The notes: generated by a model not told the origin, from the sequence alone. A stretch of DNA of 64,000 nucleotides from an uncultured Verrucomicrobiae bacterium (GCA_963801815.1 CAWDGJ010000003.1:864001-928000); one strand, 5' to 3'; positions 52,065-62,294 are shown, counted from the stretch's first letter. Numbers and translations: made by a program.

Positions 52065-54053
52065 TCAGAACTTCAATGACATGTCGAGCAAATGATACTG
52101 CCAAACGAATAATCCGAACGCGATTCCACCAATCGCCAGCAGAATTGCGTGCGTTCGAAACCAGAATCCGTGGCTCGGAAGCCGGGAGAAGCGGATCGCC
52201 GTAATGACGAGGAGAAGAATTCCGGCCATCACCGCCCAGGCGAAAACATGAAGGGCCTGCAACCACGGATTGAGCGCATCGCCCAGAATCGCGATGTGTT
52301 CGAGCCCTTGGGTGAACGTGATTGCCGGAGCCAGAATCAAGATCAGTTCGCCAAGGCAAACGATTCGGGAGAGAAAATATAAAACACGATCGCCTTTGCC
52401 GGCGAACAATGGTCGCTGATATTTCCTGCGAACGAGGACTGCGACCGGCCAGAGCAGGACGGTTAATGCGACGAGCAAAAGATTTCCGCCGATGACCAGA
52501 TTGAGCAGCCGCTTGTTGTTGTACCATGGAACGCGTTGCCCTTCGTAGATCGCGGGGAAGGGGAGCATTTCCGTCACTTTGCCCGAAGGATCTCGACGGA
52601 AGGCGATTCGTTCCGACCCATCGACCTCATTGTAGACCAGCGGCGCGATCTCCTTCCATCTTTTCGGCTCACCGCGCTGATTCTTGTTATCTTCGACTGT
52701 GAGAATGCCGTCCTTGTCGCTCTTCACGCTGAACTGGTCGAGCAACGCGACTAACCTGAGGAAGTTTGTTTCGCTCCGGCGCGTTCCCTCGTAGACGCCA
52801 CTTACCCCACGGCCGTCGTTTCTCGCGGTGTTTGGATCAACGTCAGTGTTCGGCTCGCCCTTGTTCGGAAAATAGCGATTCACGAATGCGCGCTGAACTT
52901 CGCCGCGGCCGCCGCCGACATTTTTGCCAAGGCTATTGTAGGAAAGGAAATAGCCGAGATGCGCTTCCGGGACGAGGACCATGTCGCTATGAAAATAAAC
53001 GGTGTCTCCGCCGTGGCCGATGACGCGCACCGGATTGAGCCAGTATTCCATGAAAGTCAGGCCGAGGCCGCAGATCATCGGATTCAGCTCTAACTGGCGG
53101 GTCTGCATTTGGCGTACGGTTTCCGGTTTCAAAATCGAGACGCCATCGACGCTGCCATCCTGAAGAAATGCGAGCATGAAGCGCGTCATGTCGGCCGCGG
53201 TGGTTGAAAGCGCACCCGCGGGCGCAGCTTCGACGAATTCGAAATCGCGCGCCTTCTTAGTGGCGTGGAGATAACCCTTCGACATTTGCGCGGAGAGTTG
53301 CGGCGGCAACGGTTGATCGAAGGTCGAGCTGTTCATTCCGAGCGGCTTTAAAATGTGATTGTCGATGTAGCGCTCGAATTTTTCGCCGCTCACCCGCTCA
53401 ACGATGTATCCTGCCAGCGTCAATCCGTAATTCGAATACGACGGCACTTTGCCCGGCGGAAAAATGCGGGCCGGCATCTGGTTCACGAGATACGTGCGCA
53501 ATGGTTTCATGTCGCTCTCGTGCGCGACGAAAAGGTTCTTGAGCGTTTCTTCGAATCCCGCGGTGTGGGTGAGCAATCGCCGCAGCGTGATTGGCTCGGC
53601 GTAGGTCTTCGGAATCGTGAAATCGAGATAATCATTCACGTCGCGATCGAGATCGAGCTTGCCTTGCTCGGCCAACTGCATGACTGCCGTTGCGGTAAAC
53701 AATTTCGAGATCGAGCCGGGCCTGAACAACGTTTGATCGGGCAAGACCGGCTTCTTCGATTCGAAATCGGCGTAGCCGTAACCTTTCTCGAACAATACCT
53801 GCCCGTCTTTAACGACTGAAACGACCGCGCCAGAGATGTTGCGGGTTTGCAATTGCGACGGAATCAGCGCGTCGAGAAATGCTTCGAAGTCTTGCTTAGT
53901 CAACGCTGGCGCGGGGCTGGTCTCCGGAGTGGCCGCCGGAACTTTTGCCGGGGGAGGCGAAGGAAGAGAAATCAGCGGCGACGGTGCCGGACCCTGAGCA
54001 AGAGCGGTTGCGGCCAATACCGCGATTGCGCCGAAACCAAAAATTAGCCTTTG
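52065..54053 (-). CDS. Serine hydrolase (beta-lactamase class C fold) with C-terminal TM helices
   Basis: FRPGSISK, LLTHTAG, YSN, GHGG; three C-terminal TM segments. Confidence 0.88.
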   Translation of the reverse strand, partial: QRLIFGFGAIAVLAATALAQGPAPSPLISLPSPPPAKVPAATPETSPAPALTKQDFEAFLDALIPSQLQTRNISGAVVSVVKDGQVLFEKGYGYADFESKKPVLPDQTLFRPGSISKLFTATAVMQLAEQGKLDLDRDVNDYLDFTIPKTYAEPITLRRLLTHTAGFEETLKNLFVAHESDMKPLRTYLVNQMPARIFPPGKVPSYSNYGLTLAGYIVERVSGEKFERYIDNHILKPLGMNSSTFDQPLPPQLSAQMSKGYLHATKKARDFEFVEAAPAGALSTTAADMTRFMLAFLQDGSVDGVSILKPETVRQMQTRQLELNPMICGLGLTFMEYWLNPVRVIGHGGDTVYFHSDMVLVPEAHLGYFLSYNSLGKNVGGGRGEVQRAFVNRYFPNKGEPNTDVDPNTARNDGRGVSGVYEGTRRSETNFLRLVALLDQFSVKSDKDGILTVEDNKNQRGEPKRWKEIAPLVYNEVDGSERIAFRRDPSGKVTEMLPFPAIYEGQRVPWYNNKRLLNLVIGGNLLLVALTVLLWPVAVLVRRKYQRPLFAGKGDRVLYFLSRIVCLGELILILAPAITFTQGLEHIAILGDALNPWLQALHVFAWAVMAGILLLVITAIRFSRLPSHGFWFRTHAILLAIGGIAFGLFVWQYHLLDMSLKF

Positions 54054-54101
54054 CATCGGTCGCCAGTTTGCCAGTTGGCGGGCGACTGACAAGACTGTGA
54101 T

Positions 54102-54860
54102 TCACGCGGAGTGTTCGTTCGCCAGACGCGATTGAATCGTTTCGATCCGCTTCCGCAATTTGCCAAAATGCGATCCAGCCCAGTAAATCTGGCCACAGCT
54201 CAGGCATCGCCGGAACTCATCGTAGTAGATTTTGGTAAGCGGTTCGAGTTGGCTGATGATTTCCCGCTTTTTGGCCCGCTCCAGTTGGGCATTGCACCGC
54301 AAACAACGGCTAAACGGCGTCAAGACCAGCCCGAGATTGAACCGGCGCAGCACTTCGATGGTTTGTTTCAGCGAATTCTGTGAGCGCACGTAATAACCGT
54401 GGCGCACCGCGGAGTGCATCAGAAGGCGCCGGTCCCGGGTGAGGAGGGCCCGGTCCTGGTTACCAGAGGTCTCAATTAATTGTCGATCGTCGGCGCCGCG
54501 ATCGTAAAGGACATCGATTCCGAGCAGGCGAAGATCGCGCACAAGTTTCCCCAGATGCCCGTCGGCAACAAACTTTGAAATTTCGGTAACTTGCAATCGA
54601 TTTTCCGAAAAAAGAGTAAGTCGTTTTGAATCGACGGAAAAGACGTCAATCTTCCCTGTGCAGCCGATTACCCGGCTAAGATCGACCGGTTGATCATCGA
54701 CCAGAATCAAATCGACTTCGGTATGCGGAACGCCACAAGCTTCGATGATATCTTTGACGGACGTCCGCTCCTGTAATTGACGTTCAATCGCCGGCGTTTT
54801 CGACCTCAAGAAGAACGGTAGATCGCCGTGAAATAGGAGCCGGACGCTAAATGTGATCAT
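54102..54860 (-). CDS. Mut7-C ubiquitin/RNase domain protein
   Basis: SVKDIIEACGVPHTEV, FVADGHLGKL..LRLLG, LLTRDR, CLRCN, CLSCGQIYWAGSH. Confidence 0.9.
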   Translation of the reverse strand: MITFSVRLLFHGDLPFFLRSKTPAIERQLQERTSVKDIIEACGVPHTEVDLILVDDQPVDLSRVIGCTGKIDVFSVDSKRLTLFSENRLQVTEISKFVADGHLGKLVRDLRLLGIDVLYDRGADDRQLIETSGNQDRALLTRDRRLLMHSAVRHGYYVRSQNSLKQTIEVLRRFNLGLVLTPFSRCLRCNAQLERAKKREIISQLEPLTKIYYDEFRRCLSCGQIYWAGSHFGKLRKRIETIQSRLANEHSA

Positions 54861-55558
54861 CTGCTCACCCGCGCAGTCGAGTAAGCGTATTCGAACGTCG
54901 TACTTCGCGGACGCGCCATTAGTCTTCCCGGCCCGAGCGGCTCGTCCTCGCTGTAATAACAATCGAGCTGCCACCGGTGCAGTCCGCCACCGGTGTCCAT
55001 GATTTTCCAGCGCGTGCTTCGGAAAACGCTTTGAACTTCGGGCGCGGACGTTTCGAGGACTAAACCCCGACGCAATGGGCCTGACAATCGCGCCGCGGCC
55101 GAGGAACGGGGAACGAGCGTTCCGCCACCACCACTCGGCGGGCCGCCGAATCCGTAGGAGCCGCGGTTGTAACGAATGTAATTGCGACCGTTCACCGGAT
55201 TTATGATTCGACCGTAACCTTCCTTCATTACCGAGCGCAGAAAGTCGCGCGGATAAGTGTGGCCGTGCAATCCGGGTCGGGTGATTCGCGTCGCGTCGAA
55301 ACCGCGCTCAAAGGTGAAGCCGGATTCTTTCGGCGTGTAATAAAGCGTACAGACAATGAAATATTCGCCTGCATGTCCACCCGGGCGTCGCGCGAGTTTC
55401 TCATTCTCGTAAGCGAGACGTTGCGCGACCTCCGGCCACGGAATTTCGGCGCGCGCGGCCGATAAGATCGAAACCGAGATTCCTAGCGCAAAGAGATGTA
55501 GCCACGGTGCTATGCGCCGTTGCCGGACCGCCCACAGGGCGGTGGCTACGGAAATCAA
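54857..55558 (-). CDS. Exported protein with 3D/MltA-like C-terminal motif
   Basis: TLYYTP..., MDTGGG....LDCY resembles the 3D domain; TTG start overlapping the upstream stop is inferred. Confidence 0.6.
   Translation of the reverse strand: MISVATALWAVRQRRIAPWLHLFALGISVSILSAARAEIPWPEVAQRLAYENEKLARRPGGHAGEYFIVCTLYYTPKESGFTFERGFDATRITRPGLHGHTYPRDFLRSVMKEGYGRIINPVNGRNYIRYNRGSYGFGGPPSGGGGTLVPRSSAAARLSGPLRRGLVLETSAPEVQSVFRSTRWKIMDTGGGLHRWQLDCYYSEDEPLGPGRLMARPRSTTFEYAYSTARVSR
55498..55549. repeat. GTAG-type REP doublet in the 5' end of the 3D-like gene
   Basis: GTAGCCACGGTGCTATGCGCCGT..GACCGCCCACAGGGCGGTGGCTAC. Confidence 0.8.
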
Positions 55559-56643
55559 TTTTGAAAATAATCTTCCGCCGGGCCGCCGAGTAAGATCTGG
55601 ATCGGCAGTTTTTCGTATTCGTATTCGTAAGGCGGCTGCTTCCACGCGAACGACTCCGGGTATAATCTTCGAATGCACCGGACGATTTCAACGCCTGTTT
55701 GAAACGCGCGGTAAATATTACGGTCGAGCAGGTGGATCTGCGCTCCGCCGCAAACTTCACCGGCGAACTTCTGAAACGTGGGCTGGAAATAATTTTCCCG
55801 AAAGAACACGCCTGGCAGCCTCAATTCGTTCAGCTCGCCACAAAGTCTTTCCGCATCAATGAATGGCGCGCCGAAAATCTCAAATGGCCGTGTCGTGCCG
55901 CGACCTTCGGAGATATTCGTGCCTTCAAGTAAACACAATCCCGGATAAACCGTTGCGGTATCGAGCGTCGGCATGTTCGGGGATGGCATCACCCATGGCA
56001 GGCCTGTTTGGTCAAACCACATTTCGCGTTTCCAATTTTTCATTGGCAAGATCGACAACTTGCAGTTTGGGAAAGCCTCGTCGCGAAATTGGGTTGCGAG
56101 CTCGCCAATTGTGCGGCCGTGACGGACCGGGATCGGATGAAGACCAACGAACGATTCGTAACCTTTCTCAATGGGCGGGCCTTCGACCGTGATGCCGTTG
56201 ATTGGGTTCGGCCGATCGAGGACGACGACATGCACTCCAAGCCTCTGGCATGCGCGCATGCAAAGGTAGAGCGTCCAAATAAAAGTGTAATAGCGCGCGC
56301 CGATGTCCTGAAGATCGACTAAGAACACATCAACATCCTGCAACATCGCGTCGCTCGGTTCGCGATGTTCGCCGTACAAACTGTGAACTGGAATGCGCAG
56401 TCGCGAATGCTCGTAGCTCCTCCATTCGATCATGTTGTCCTGGGTTTGACCGAGAAAACCGTGCTGCGGGCCAAAAAAAGCGCAGAGTTGAAACAACTCG
56501 CCGTTGAATCGCTCCAGTATTTTCGACGCGTGCTCGAGTCTCGACGAAACGGACGCCGGATGCAGAAGCGCGCCGATCGTCGCCCCGCAAAGTTCTTTCG
56601 GCCAAAGTTCTGAAAGATGATCGACTGGAAGCTGGACGGGCAT
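55555..56643 (-). CDS. DUF1343 exo-beta-N-acetylmuramidase NamZ family
   Basis: FGPQHG, SLYG, DLQDIGARYYTF, VLDRPNP, PSPNMPT, SEGRGTTRPFE. Confidence 0.92.
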   Translation of the reverse strand: MPVQLPVDHLSELWPKELCGATIGALLHPASVSSRLEHASKILERFNGELFQLCAFFGPQHGFLGQTQDNMIEWRSYEHSRLRIPVHSLYGEHREPSDAMLQDVDVFLVDLQDIGARYYTFIWTLYLCMRACQRLGVHVVVLDRPNPINGITVEGPPIEKGYESFVGLHPIPVRHGRTIGELATQFRDEAFPNCKLSILPMKNWKREMWFDQTGLPWVMPSPNMPTLDTATVYPGLCLLEGTNISEGRGTTRPFEIFGAPFIDAERLCGELNELRLPGVFFRENYFQPTFQKFAGEVCGGAQIHLLDRNIYRAFQTGVEIVRCIRRLYPESFAWKQPPYEYEYEKLPIQILLGGPAEDYFQN

Positions 56644-56652
56644 GTGAGTGAT

Positions 56653-56721
56653 GTTGTAGCGGCGTTTGTCTCAAACGCCGAACAAAAATAAAGAGGCGCT
56701 TGGCACAAGCGTCTCTACAAC
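56653..56721. repeat. GTAG-type REP doublet containing the lnt stop codon
   Basis: GTTGTAGCGGCGTTTGTCTCAAACGCCG ... AGGCGCTTGGCACAAGCGTCTCTACAAC; same family as 49524-49592. Confidence 0.88.
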
Positions 56722-58343
56722 TTTTTGCGCATGAAAAAGGCCACGACGATGGCGATGGCAGTAATTACCGCGCAAGATTCTGCAAACCATTCGCCGTGCC
56801 GCGCGTAAAACGTCAGCTGCCCGCCCGCCATAGCCTCGGCGGAGGCGGGTCGATCCTGCGGCACGTTGATGACACCGTTCAAGACACCTTCGTTAAACGT
56901 GTTGCCGGTGTCGTCCCGTAAAATATCAGTCACCCGTCCAAACTCGTTCACGAAGCAGGTCACGCCCGTGTTGGCGGCGCGAACCATCGGCCGGCGGTTT
57001 TCAACGCAGCGGAAAATCGCGTTGGCCAGGTGCTGATGCGAACCCGATGACCGCAAAAACCAGCCGTCGTTGGTGATATCGACGAAAAGGTTCGCGCCGC
57101 TGAGAACGAATCGCCGGACCAGATCGCCGACCGTGTCCTCGAAACAAATCAGAGGCGCAACGCGGAAATCCGGATCGGTGAGCCTGAATACCGTGTACTC
57201 TGTTCCCGGTGTGAAATCACCCGGAACCCACGTGCCCGCGATTGCCGCAAAAAGCGGAAACGAGTGCCGCAGGGGAACGTATTCGCCAAACGGCACGAGA
57301 TGAATCTTGCGATAGACCTGCATTTGCGCGCCGCTGTCCGTTACGAGTAGCGCTGCGTTGTAATCGCGCGGGCCTTCAAAATCGAGGGAACCAAGCATCA
57401 AATCGGTCTTGGTGGACGCGGCAAAATCATTCACGAACCGATAGCTCGTGCCGTTCTGATCCCGTACCGGATCGGGCATCGAGCTTTCAGGCCAGATCAG
57501 CAACGCCGGCGGCGAATTTGTTCCGACTGCGACCTTGCTTAATCGCCGAAATTTATCGAAGACTTGCGATGTGAATTGCGGATCGAACTTTTCCAGCTGC
57601 GGAACATTTGCCTGAACTGCGGCGATCCGAATCGATTTCGACACCGACGGAGCCTGAATTCGATGCAGACCAAACGCGACCAGCGCAACAATCCCAATCA
57701 TCGTTAACGTCAAATCGAAATGCGGCCGCATTCGATGCGTTCGGGCTTCGACAAAGAGCCGGATTGGAGTCGTGACGGCAATGATGTTCACGAACGCGAC
57801 CGTAAATGAAATTCCGACGATGCCGGTGAACTCTGCAGCCTGGATCATCGGAAATTGCGCGTGGAGCGCGACACCGAGACCATTCCATCCGAAACCGCTA
57901 AACAGCCAGCCGCGAACCCATTCGTGGGTCACCCACGCTGACGCCGCCACCCATGCCATCAACAGGTTGCGCCACGAGGCAGTGAAAGTTCGCGGCCTGA
58001 TCAATCCTATGAACCAGCTCCAAAAGGCGAAATGAACGGCGAGGTAGATCGACAACAGGAATGACAGGCCGTGAAGGAACGAGCTTTGATACAAATCGCC
58101 GAGAGCGCCGAGCCAGCTGAACGTGCCGGTGAAAAAAACAATTCCCGCCAGGTAACCAAGCAATAAGTTTCGGAGCCAGCGGCGGCGCCAGTTATCAGCA
58201 GAAAACCAGACCGCGACGATGAGTGGAGTCAGTGCAATCCAACAAAGCCAGCTTTGATTGAATGGTGGGAAACACGCGATCCCGAGCAAACCACTCGCGA
58301 TTGCGGCAAACCAGGGCCAGATCTTCGCTAGGGCTCGAAACAC
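56715..58343 (-). CDS. lnt: Apolipoprotein N-acyltransferase
   Basis: GFGW..LG, VQAN, IWPES, YNAA, KIHLVPFGEY, LICFED, TNDGWF, RAANTG. Confidence 0.96.
   Translation of the reverse strand: MFRALAKIWPWFAAIASGLLGIACFPPFNQSWLCWIALTPLIVAVWFSADNWRRRWLRNLLLGYLAGIVFFTGTFSWLGALGDLYQSSFLHGLSFLLSIYLAVHFAFWSWFIGLIRPRTFTASWRNLLMAWVAASAWVTHEWVRGWLFSGFGWNGLGVALHAQFPMIQAAEFTGIVGISFTVAFVNIIAVTTPIRLFVEARTHRMRPHFDLTLTMIGIVALVAFGLHRIQAPSVSKSIRIAAVQANVPQLEKFDPQFTSQVFDKFRRLSKVAVGTNSPPALLIWPESSMPDPVRDQNGTSYRFVNDFAASTKTDLMLGSLDFEGPRDYNAALLVTDSGAQMQVYRKIHLVPFGEYVPLRHSFPLFAAIAGTWVPGDFTPGTEYTVFRLTDPDFRVAPLICFEDTVGDLVRRFVLSGANLFVDITNDGWFLRSSGSHQHLANAIFRCVENRRPMVRAANTGVTCFVNEFGRVTDILRDDTGNTFNEGVLNGVINVPQDRPASAEAMAGGQLTFYARHGEWFAESCAVITAIAIVVAFFMRKKL
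56824..56849. repeat. Short palindrome in frame in lnt
   Basis: CCCGCCATAGCCTCGGCGGAGGCGGG encodes PASAEAMAG just before the TFY motif. Confidence 0.6.
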
Positions 58344-58355
58344 ACGCCGAATCTA

Positions 58356-58503
58356 AAGTTCCAAATCCCAAGCTCCAAGCTCCAAACAAATTCCAATGCT
58401 CAAAGCTCATCTGCGAAGAGAGCCGCTTGGGATTTAAAGCCTGGGATTTTGGAGTTTCCCTGGGATTTGGGACTTGGGATTTCGGGTTTGGTGCCTGGGA
58501 TTT
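58356..58503. repeat. ORF-less two-arm heptamer (AAATCCC/GGGATTT) inverted repeat
   Basis: AAGTTCC AAATCCC AAGCTCC AAGCTCC.. on the left; GGGATTT GGGACTT GGGATTT CGGGTTT GGTGCCT GGGATTT on the right. Confidence 0.9.
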
Positions 58504-58513
58504 CGCGATCCCG

Positions 58514-58825
58514 TTATCCGCGACGGCGGCGACGCGGTTCGCGTTCGCGGCGGCGGCCCGGATGAAGCGCATCCTTCAAATCGCGGGCGTAAGACGCATT
58601 CACGCGAAAAACGGTGCGCTCAACGTCTTCCATGGTGCGCACATTCACCTTGTCTGAAAGGATGTAACCCTGCGAAATCAATCCAGTGAGCTCGTCGAGA
58701 AATTCCGCTTGCTCGATTTCGCCGATGTGGTCGATCAAAATCTTGCCGTAGGTCGGCGTGCCCGACAGTCCCAATGTCTTCAGCAGCGTAATCTCGCCGC
58801 CGCTCAAATTAATTTCACGATTCAC
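58514..58825 (-). CDS. Hypothetical protein with Arg-rich C-terminus
   Basis: 103-aa ORF co-oriented between the phosphosugar mutase and lnt. Confidence 0.75.
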   Translation of the reverse strand: MNREINLSGGEITLLKTLGLSGTPTYGKILIDHIGEIEQAEFLDELTGLISQGYILSDKVNVRTMEDVERTVFRVNASYARDLKDALHPGRRREREPRRRRRG

Positions 58826-58864
58826 AGTAAGTCCTTGGCAACGAACCGAGCCGTTATCGAGCAG

Positions 58865-60838
58865 CTATCGAGCCACGCGGCTGTGCGCATCCTTTTCCAG
58901 CCAATTCCAAATCTTTTCGAGCCGGGCACCGGTTTCGCTTTTGATTTTCTTCAGTTGTTCGGCAGTGAATTTTTCCTTTTCCGGCCGGCGCTGGGCAAAG
59001 ATGTAATATTTGATCTTTGGCTCGGTGCCCGAGCCGCGGACCGCGATGCGCGTTTTGTCCTCCAGCTCGAAAATCGACATCTTCTCTTTAGGGATAACGT
59101 CTCCCTCAACATCGCGAATCGTTTGTCTCTCAAAATCAGTAATGTCGCTCACCCGTGACCCGCCGATCTCCTTCGGTGGATCATTCGCGTAAGATTCGAG
59201 CAACCGGGCAATCTTGTTCGCGCCTTCCGCCCCTTCGAAATGGATCGACGCGTTCTTTTCCTCGAAGTAACCGAGACCGGCGAACGCTTCATCGAGCAAT
59301 TGATCAACCGTGCGGCCGCGTGACTTGGCATAAGCCGCCATCTCGCAAAACATGATTGCAGCGGCGTTGCCATCTTTGTCGCGCACGAAGTCTGCGCCGC
59401 TATATCCGTAACTTTCCTCGCTTCCAAAAACGAAGAACGAAGAATATTGCAATCGCGCAGCTCGGGTTTCTTCCTCGGACATTTGCCGGTATTTCTTGCG
59501 GATCTTTTCCGGCAGCGCGTGCTCGTATTTCTCCAGCTTCGCTCCGACATATTTGAAGCCGGTCAATGTGTCGACACAGCGCACACCGAAGCTTTCGCAA
59601 ATCACTTTCTGCAAATCCGTGGTCACGAAAGTTTTGATTACAACCGCGTGCGACCGGTTTTGGTCGTTAAGAACGCCAAGCTCGAAGAATTTCTTGAGCC
59701 GGTAGTAGGAAAGCAGCGCGCCAATTTGATTGCCCGTGATAAGTTTCATTTCGCCGTTCACGCCGCAAACAGCCACCCCGAGGCGATCGGCGTCCGGGTC
59801 GGTCGCGATCACAATGTCGGCCTTCCTCTTCTCGGCGAGGTCGATACCGAGCGTCAACGCTTCCGCGTTTTCGGGATTCGGCGATTTCACGCTGGAAAAC
59901 CGTGGATCAGGCTTCTCCTGTTCCGGAACGACTTCAAAATTGAATCCGAGCCGCTTCAACATCGGTTGGGCTATAATCGCGCCTGTTCCATGTAGCGGAG
60001 TAAAGATTACGCGAAGCGATTTGGCGTCACTCAGAACGCTTGGATCGGCAACAATCGTTTCCAATCGCTTCATGTAGGCGTCATCGAGTTCGGTACCAAG
60101 CGTTGTTACGGTTCCTTGTTGTTCCTTGGCCAACGGCTGGTAACTCTCGCTCGGAATTGCGTTCACTTTTTCGATGATCCCGCTCGCGTGCGGCTCGATT
60201 ACTTGTCCTCCGTCGGCGAAATAAACTTTGTAGCCGTTATCGTGCGGTGGATTGTGGCTCGCGGTAATCACGATTCCCGCCGTCGCGTTCAAATAGCGAA
60301 CCGCGAACGACAATTCCGGCGTTGAGCGTGGCCCGTCGAAAACGAACGCGTCGCAACCGTTTTCCGATGCCACTTTTGCGGCCAGCAAGGTAAATTCTTT
60401 GGAAAAGAATCGAGTGTCGTGGGCGATGACGAGCTTCGGGCGGCCGGCGATTTTGCTTTCGCGGTGCCACTTCGACATGTAGGCCACAAGTCCCTGCGTC
60501 GCGCGACTTACGTTCGCGAAGTTCATCGCGTTGGTGCCGACGCACGGGAATTGTGGGCGCTCATCAGGTGAGGCGTTTCCGCGCTCGGCTTTGGTCACGA
60601 TTTTTCCAATCGTGCGCCCGCGCAGACCGCCCGTACCAAACTCGAGCGTTTTATAAAAACGATCGTTCAGCTCGTTCCATTGTCCCGCTGAGGCGAGCTC
60701 GTCGATCACGCGCGAATAAAGATCGGAAGGCGCGTTGGCCAGCAACGCGCGAATGTTTTTTGCCGCGGCATCGAGTAATTGTTTACTTGTTACCGCGTTA
60801 TCGATCTTGTCGCGTAAATTATTTTGCACCGGCGGCAA
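58865..60838 (-). CDS. Phospho-sugar mutase (PGM/PMM family)
   Basis: LEFGTGGLRG, TASHNP, DPDADR, TLTGFK, EESYG, RGSGTEPKIK; exact start uncertain. Confidence 0.95.
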   Translation of the reverse strand: MPPVQNNLRDKIDNAVTSKQLLDAAAKNIRALLANAPSDLYSRVIDELASAGQWNELNDRFYKTLEFGTGGLRGRTIGKIVTKAERGNASPDERPQFPCVGTNAMNFANVSRATQGLVAYMSKWHRESKIAGRPKLVIAHDTRFFSKEFTLLAAKVASENGCDAFVFDGPRSTPELSFAVRYLNATAGIVITASHNPPHDNGYKVYFADGGQVIEPHASGIIEKVNAIPSESYQPLAKEQQGTVTTLGTELDDAYMKRLETIVADPSVLSDAKSLRVIFTPLHGTGAIIAQPMLKRLGFNFEVVPEQEKPDPRFSSVKSPNPENAEALTLGIDLAEKRKADIVIATDPDADRLGVAVCGVNGEMKLITGNQIGALLSYYRLKKFFELGVLNDQNRSHAVVIKTFVTTDLQKVICESFGVRCVDTLTGFKYVGAKLEKYEHALPEKIRKKYRQMSEEETRAARLQYSSFFVFGSEESYGYSGADFVRDKDGNAAAIMFCEMAAYAKSRGRTVDQLLDEAFAGLGYFEEKNASIHFEGAEGANKIARLLESYANDPPKEIGGSRVSDITDFERQTIRDVEGDVIPKEKMSIFELEDKTRIAVRGSGTEPKIKYYIFAQRRPEKEKFTAEQLKKIKSETGARLEKIWNWLEKDAHSRVAR

Positions 60839-61054
60839 CTTTCCGGCGCAAGTCTGCTTTGCAATGCTTATTTGCAGGCGCCGGGAACTGGAATCACGAG
60901 CTTGCCGCCTTTTTCCGCGACAAAGACCGAGCTTGTGCTGCTTCCGCTGCCGTTAGCATCTTTTTGCTCAACCTCAAAACCACAAGGCCAAAGAAAAAGC
61001 ATTGCTGAGCTTCAATCCGCGAGCTAATTGCACGATCTTCCAGTTTTTCGGCGA

Positions 61055-62266
61055 ATGAACATCCACGAGTATCAGGCGAAGGAGCTGTTGGAAAAATTTG
61101 GCGTTGCAACTACGCGCGGGAAGGTTGCGTCCACGCCGGAGGAAGCAGAGCAAATCGCGCAAGAGCTCGGCAAAGGTGATCTCGTCGTGAAGGCACAGGT
61201 CCACGCCGGCGGACGCGGGAAGGGGACTTTTAAGAACGGGTTCAAAGGCGGCGTCCACGTCGTGAAATCGGCGAAGGAAGCACGCGAAGCTGCCGAGCAA
61301 ATGCTCGGCCAAACCTTGGTGACGCATCAAACCGGTCCGGCGGGTCGAGTTGTTCGAAGAGTTTTGATTGCTGAATCGGCCGAGATCGCGCGCGAGATTT
61401 ATTTCGCGATCCTGCTCGATCGCGCGACGGCTGCGCCGCTGGTAGTCGCGAGCACTGAGGGCGGCGTGGAAATCGAAGCCGTCGCTGCGAAGTCCCCGGA
61501 GAAAATCATTCGAGAACCAATCGATCCTCTCGCCGGCCTGCAACCATTCCAAACCCGCAAACTGGCCAAGCAGCTCGGATTCGAGCATTCGCAGACTAAA
61601 GGCGCGACCAAACTGTTTGATGGACTTTATCGAACTTTTATCGGCTGCGATTGCTCGATGGTGGAGATCAACCCGCTGGTTGTGACAAAGAAAGACGAAG
61701 TGCTCGCTCTCGACGCGAAATTCAACTTCGACGACAACGCGCTTTATCGGCATCCGGAAATCGCGGCCATGCGCGACACGGCGGAGGAGGACCCCCGCGA
61801 AGTCGAAGCGTCGAAGCACGAGCTGAACTACATCGGACTCGACGGGAACATCGCCTGTCTGGTGAACGGCGCCGGCCTCGCCATGGCGACGATGGATATT
61901 ATCAAATTTTACGGTGGCAATCCGGCGAACTTTCTCGATGTCGGCGGCAGCGCGACCGAAGAACAAGTGACCGAAGCATTCAAGATCCTGATCGCCGACA
62001 AGAATGTGAAAGCGATTCTCGTCAACATTTTCGGCGGAATCATGAAAGTCGACGTCATCGCGAAGGGAATCATCAATGCGGCAAAGACGGTTCACCTCAC
62101 AGTGCCGCTAGTCGTTAGGCTCGAGGGGACCAACGTTGAGAAAGGCAAACAACTTCTAAAGGAAAGCGGTGTGGAAGTGATTACTGCTGACGATCTCGCC
62201 GATGCGGCACAGAAGGTTGTCGCAGCGACAACAAATCCCAAATCCCAGGCTCCAAATCCCAAATAA
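61055..62266 (+). CDS. sucC: Succinyl-CoA synthetase beta subunit
   Basis: [51 protein letters not shown]. Confidence 0.98.
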   Translation: MNIHEYQAKELLEKFGVATTRGKVASTPEEAEQIAQELGKGDLVVKAQVHAGGRGKGTFKNGFKGGVHVVKSAKEAREAAEQMLGQTLVTHQTGPAGRVVRRVLIAESAEIAREIYFAILLDRATAAPLVVASTEGGVEIEAVAAKSPEKIIREPIDPLAGLQPFQTRKLAKQLGFEHSQTKGATKLFDGLYRTFIGCDCSMVEINPLVVTKKDEVLALDAKFNFDDNALYRHPEIAAMRDTAEEDPREVEASKHELNYIGLDGNIACLVNGAGLAMATMDIIKFYGGNPANFLDVGGSATEEQVTEAFKILIADKNVKAILVNIFGGIMKVDVIAKGIINAAKTVHLTVPLVVRLEGTNVEKGKQLLKESGVEVITADDLADAAQKVVAATTNPKSQAPNPK

Positions 62267-62294
62267 CTAGCAAATCCCAAAGCCCAAATCCCAA
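62233..62294. repeat. Left heptamer arm (AAATCCC), partly encoding the SucC C-terminus
   Basis: 62233-62261 AAATCCCAAATCCCAGGCTCCAAATCCCA is the exact reverse complement of 62727-62755. Confidence 0.93.

Noticed and set aside
50927..54860. Anti-phage defence island (S1/P1 nuclease, Mut7-C RNase)
   Set aside because: The nuclease is secreted and the context is housekeeping/envelope; no recognised defence architecture.
58356..58503. Possible CRISPR array in the periodic repeats (also 62233-62294)
   Set aside because: Units are 7 bp, contiguous and inverted, with no 25-40 bp repeats, unique spacers or cas genes.
58195..58657. ORFs 58195..58572 and 58262..58657
   Set aside because: They are translations of the heptamer repeat and overlap lnt and the upstream gene.
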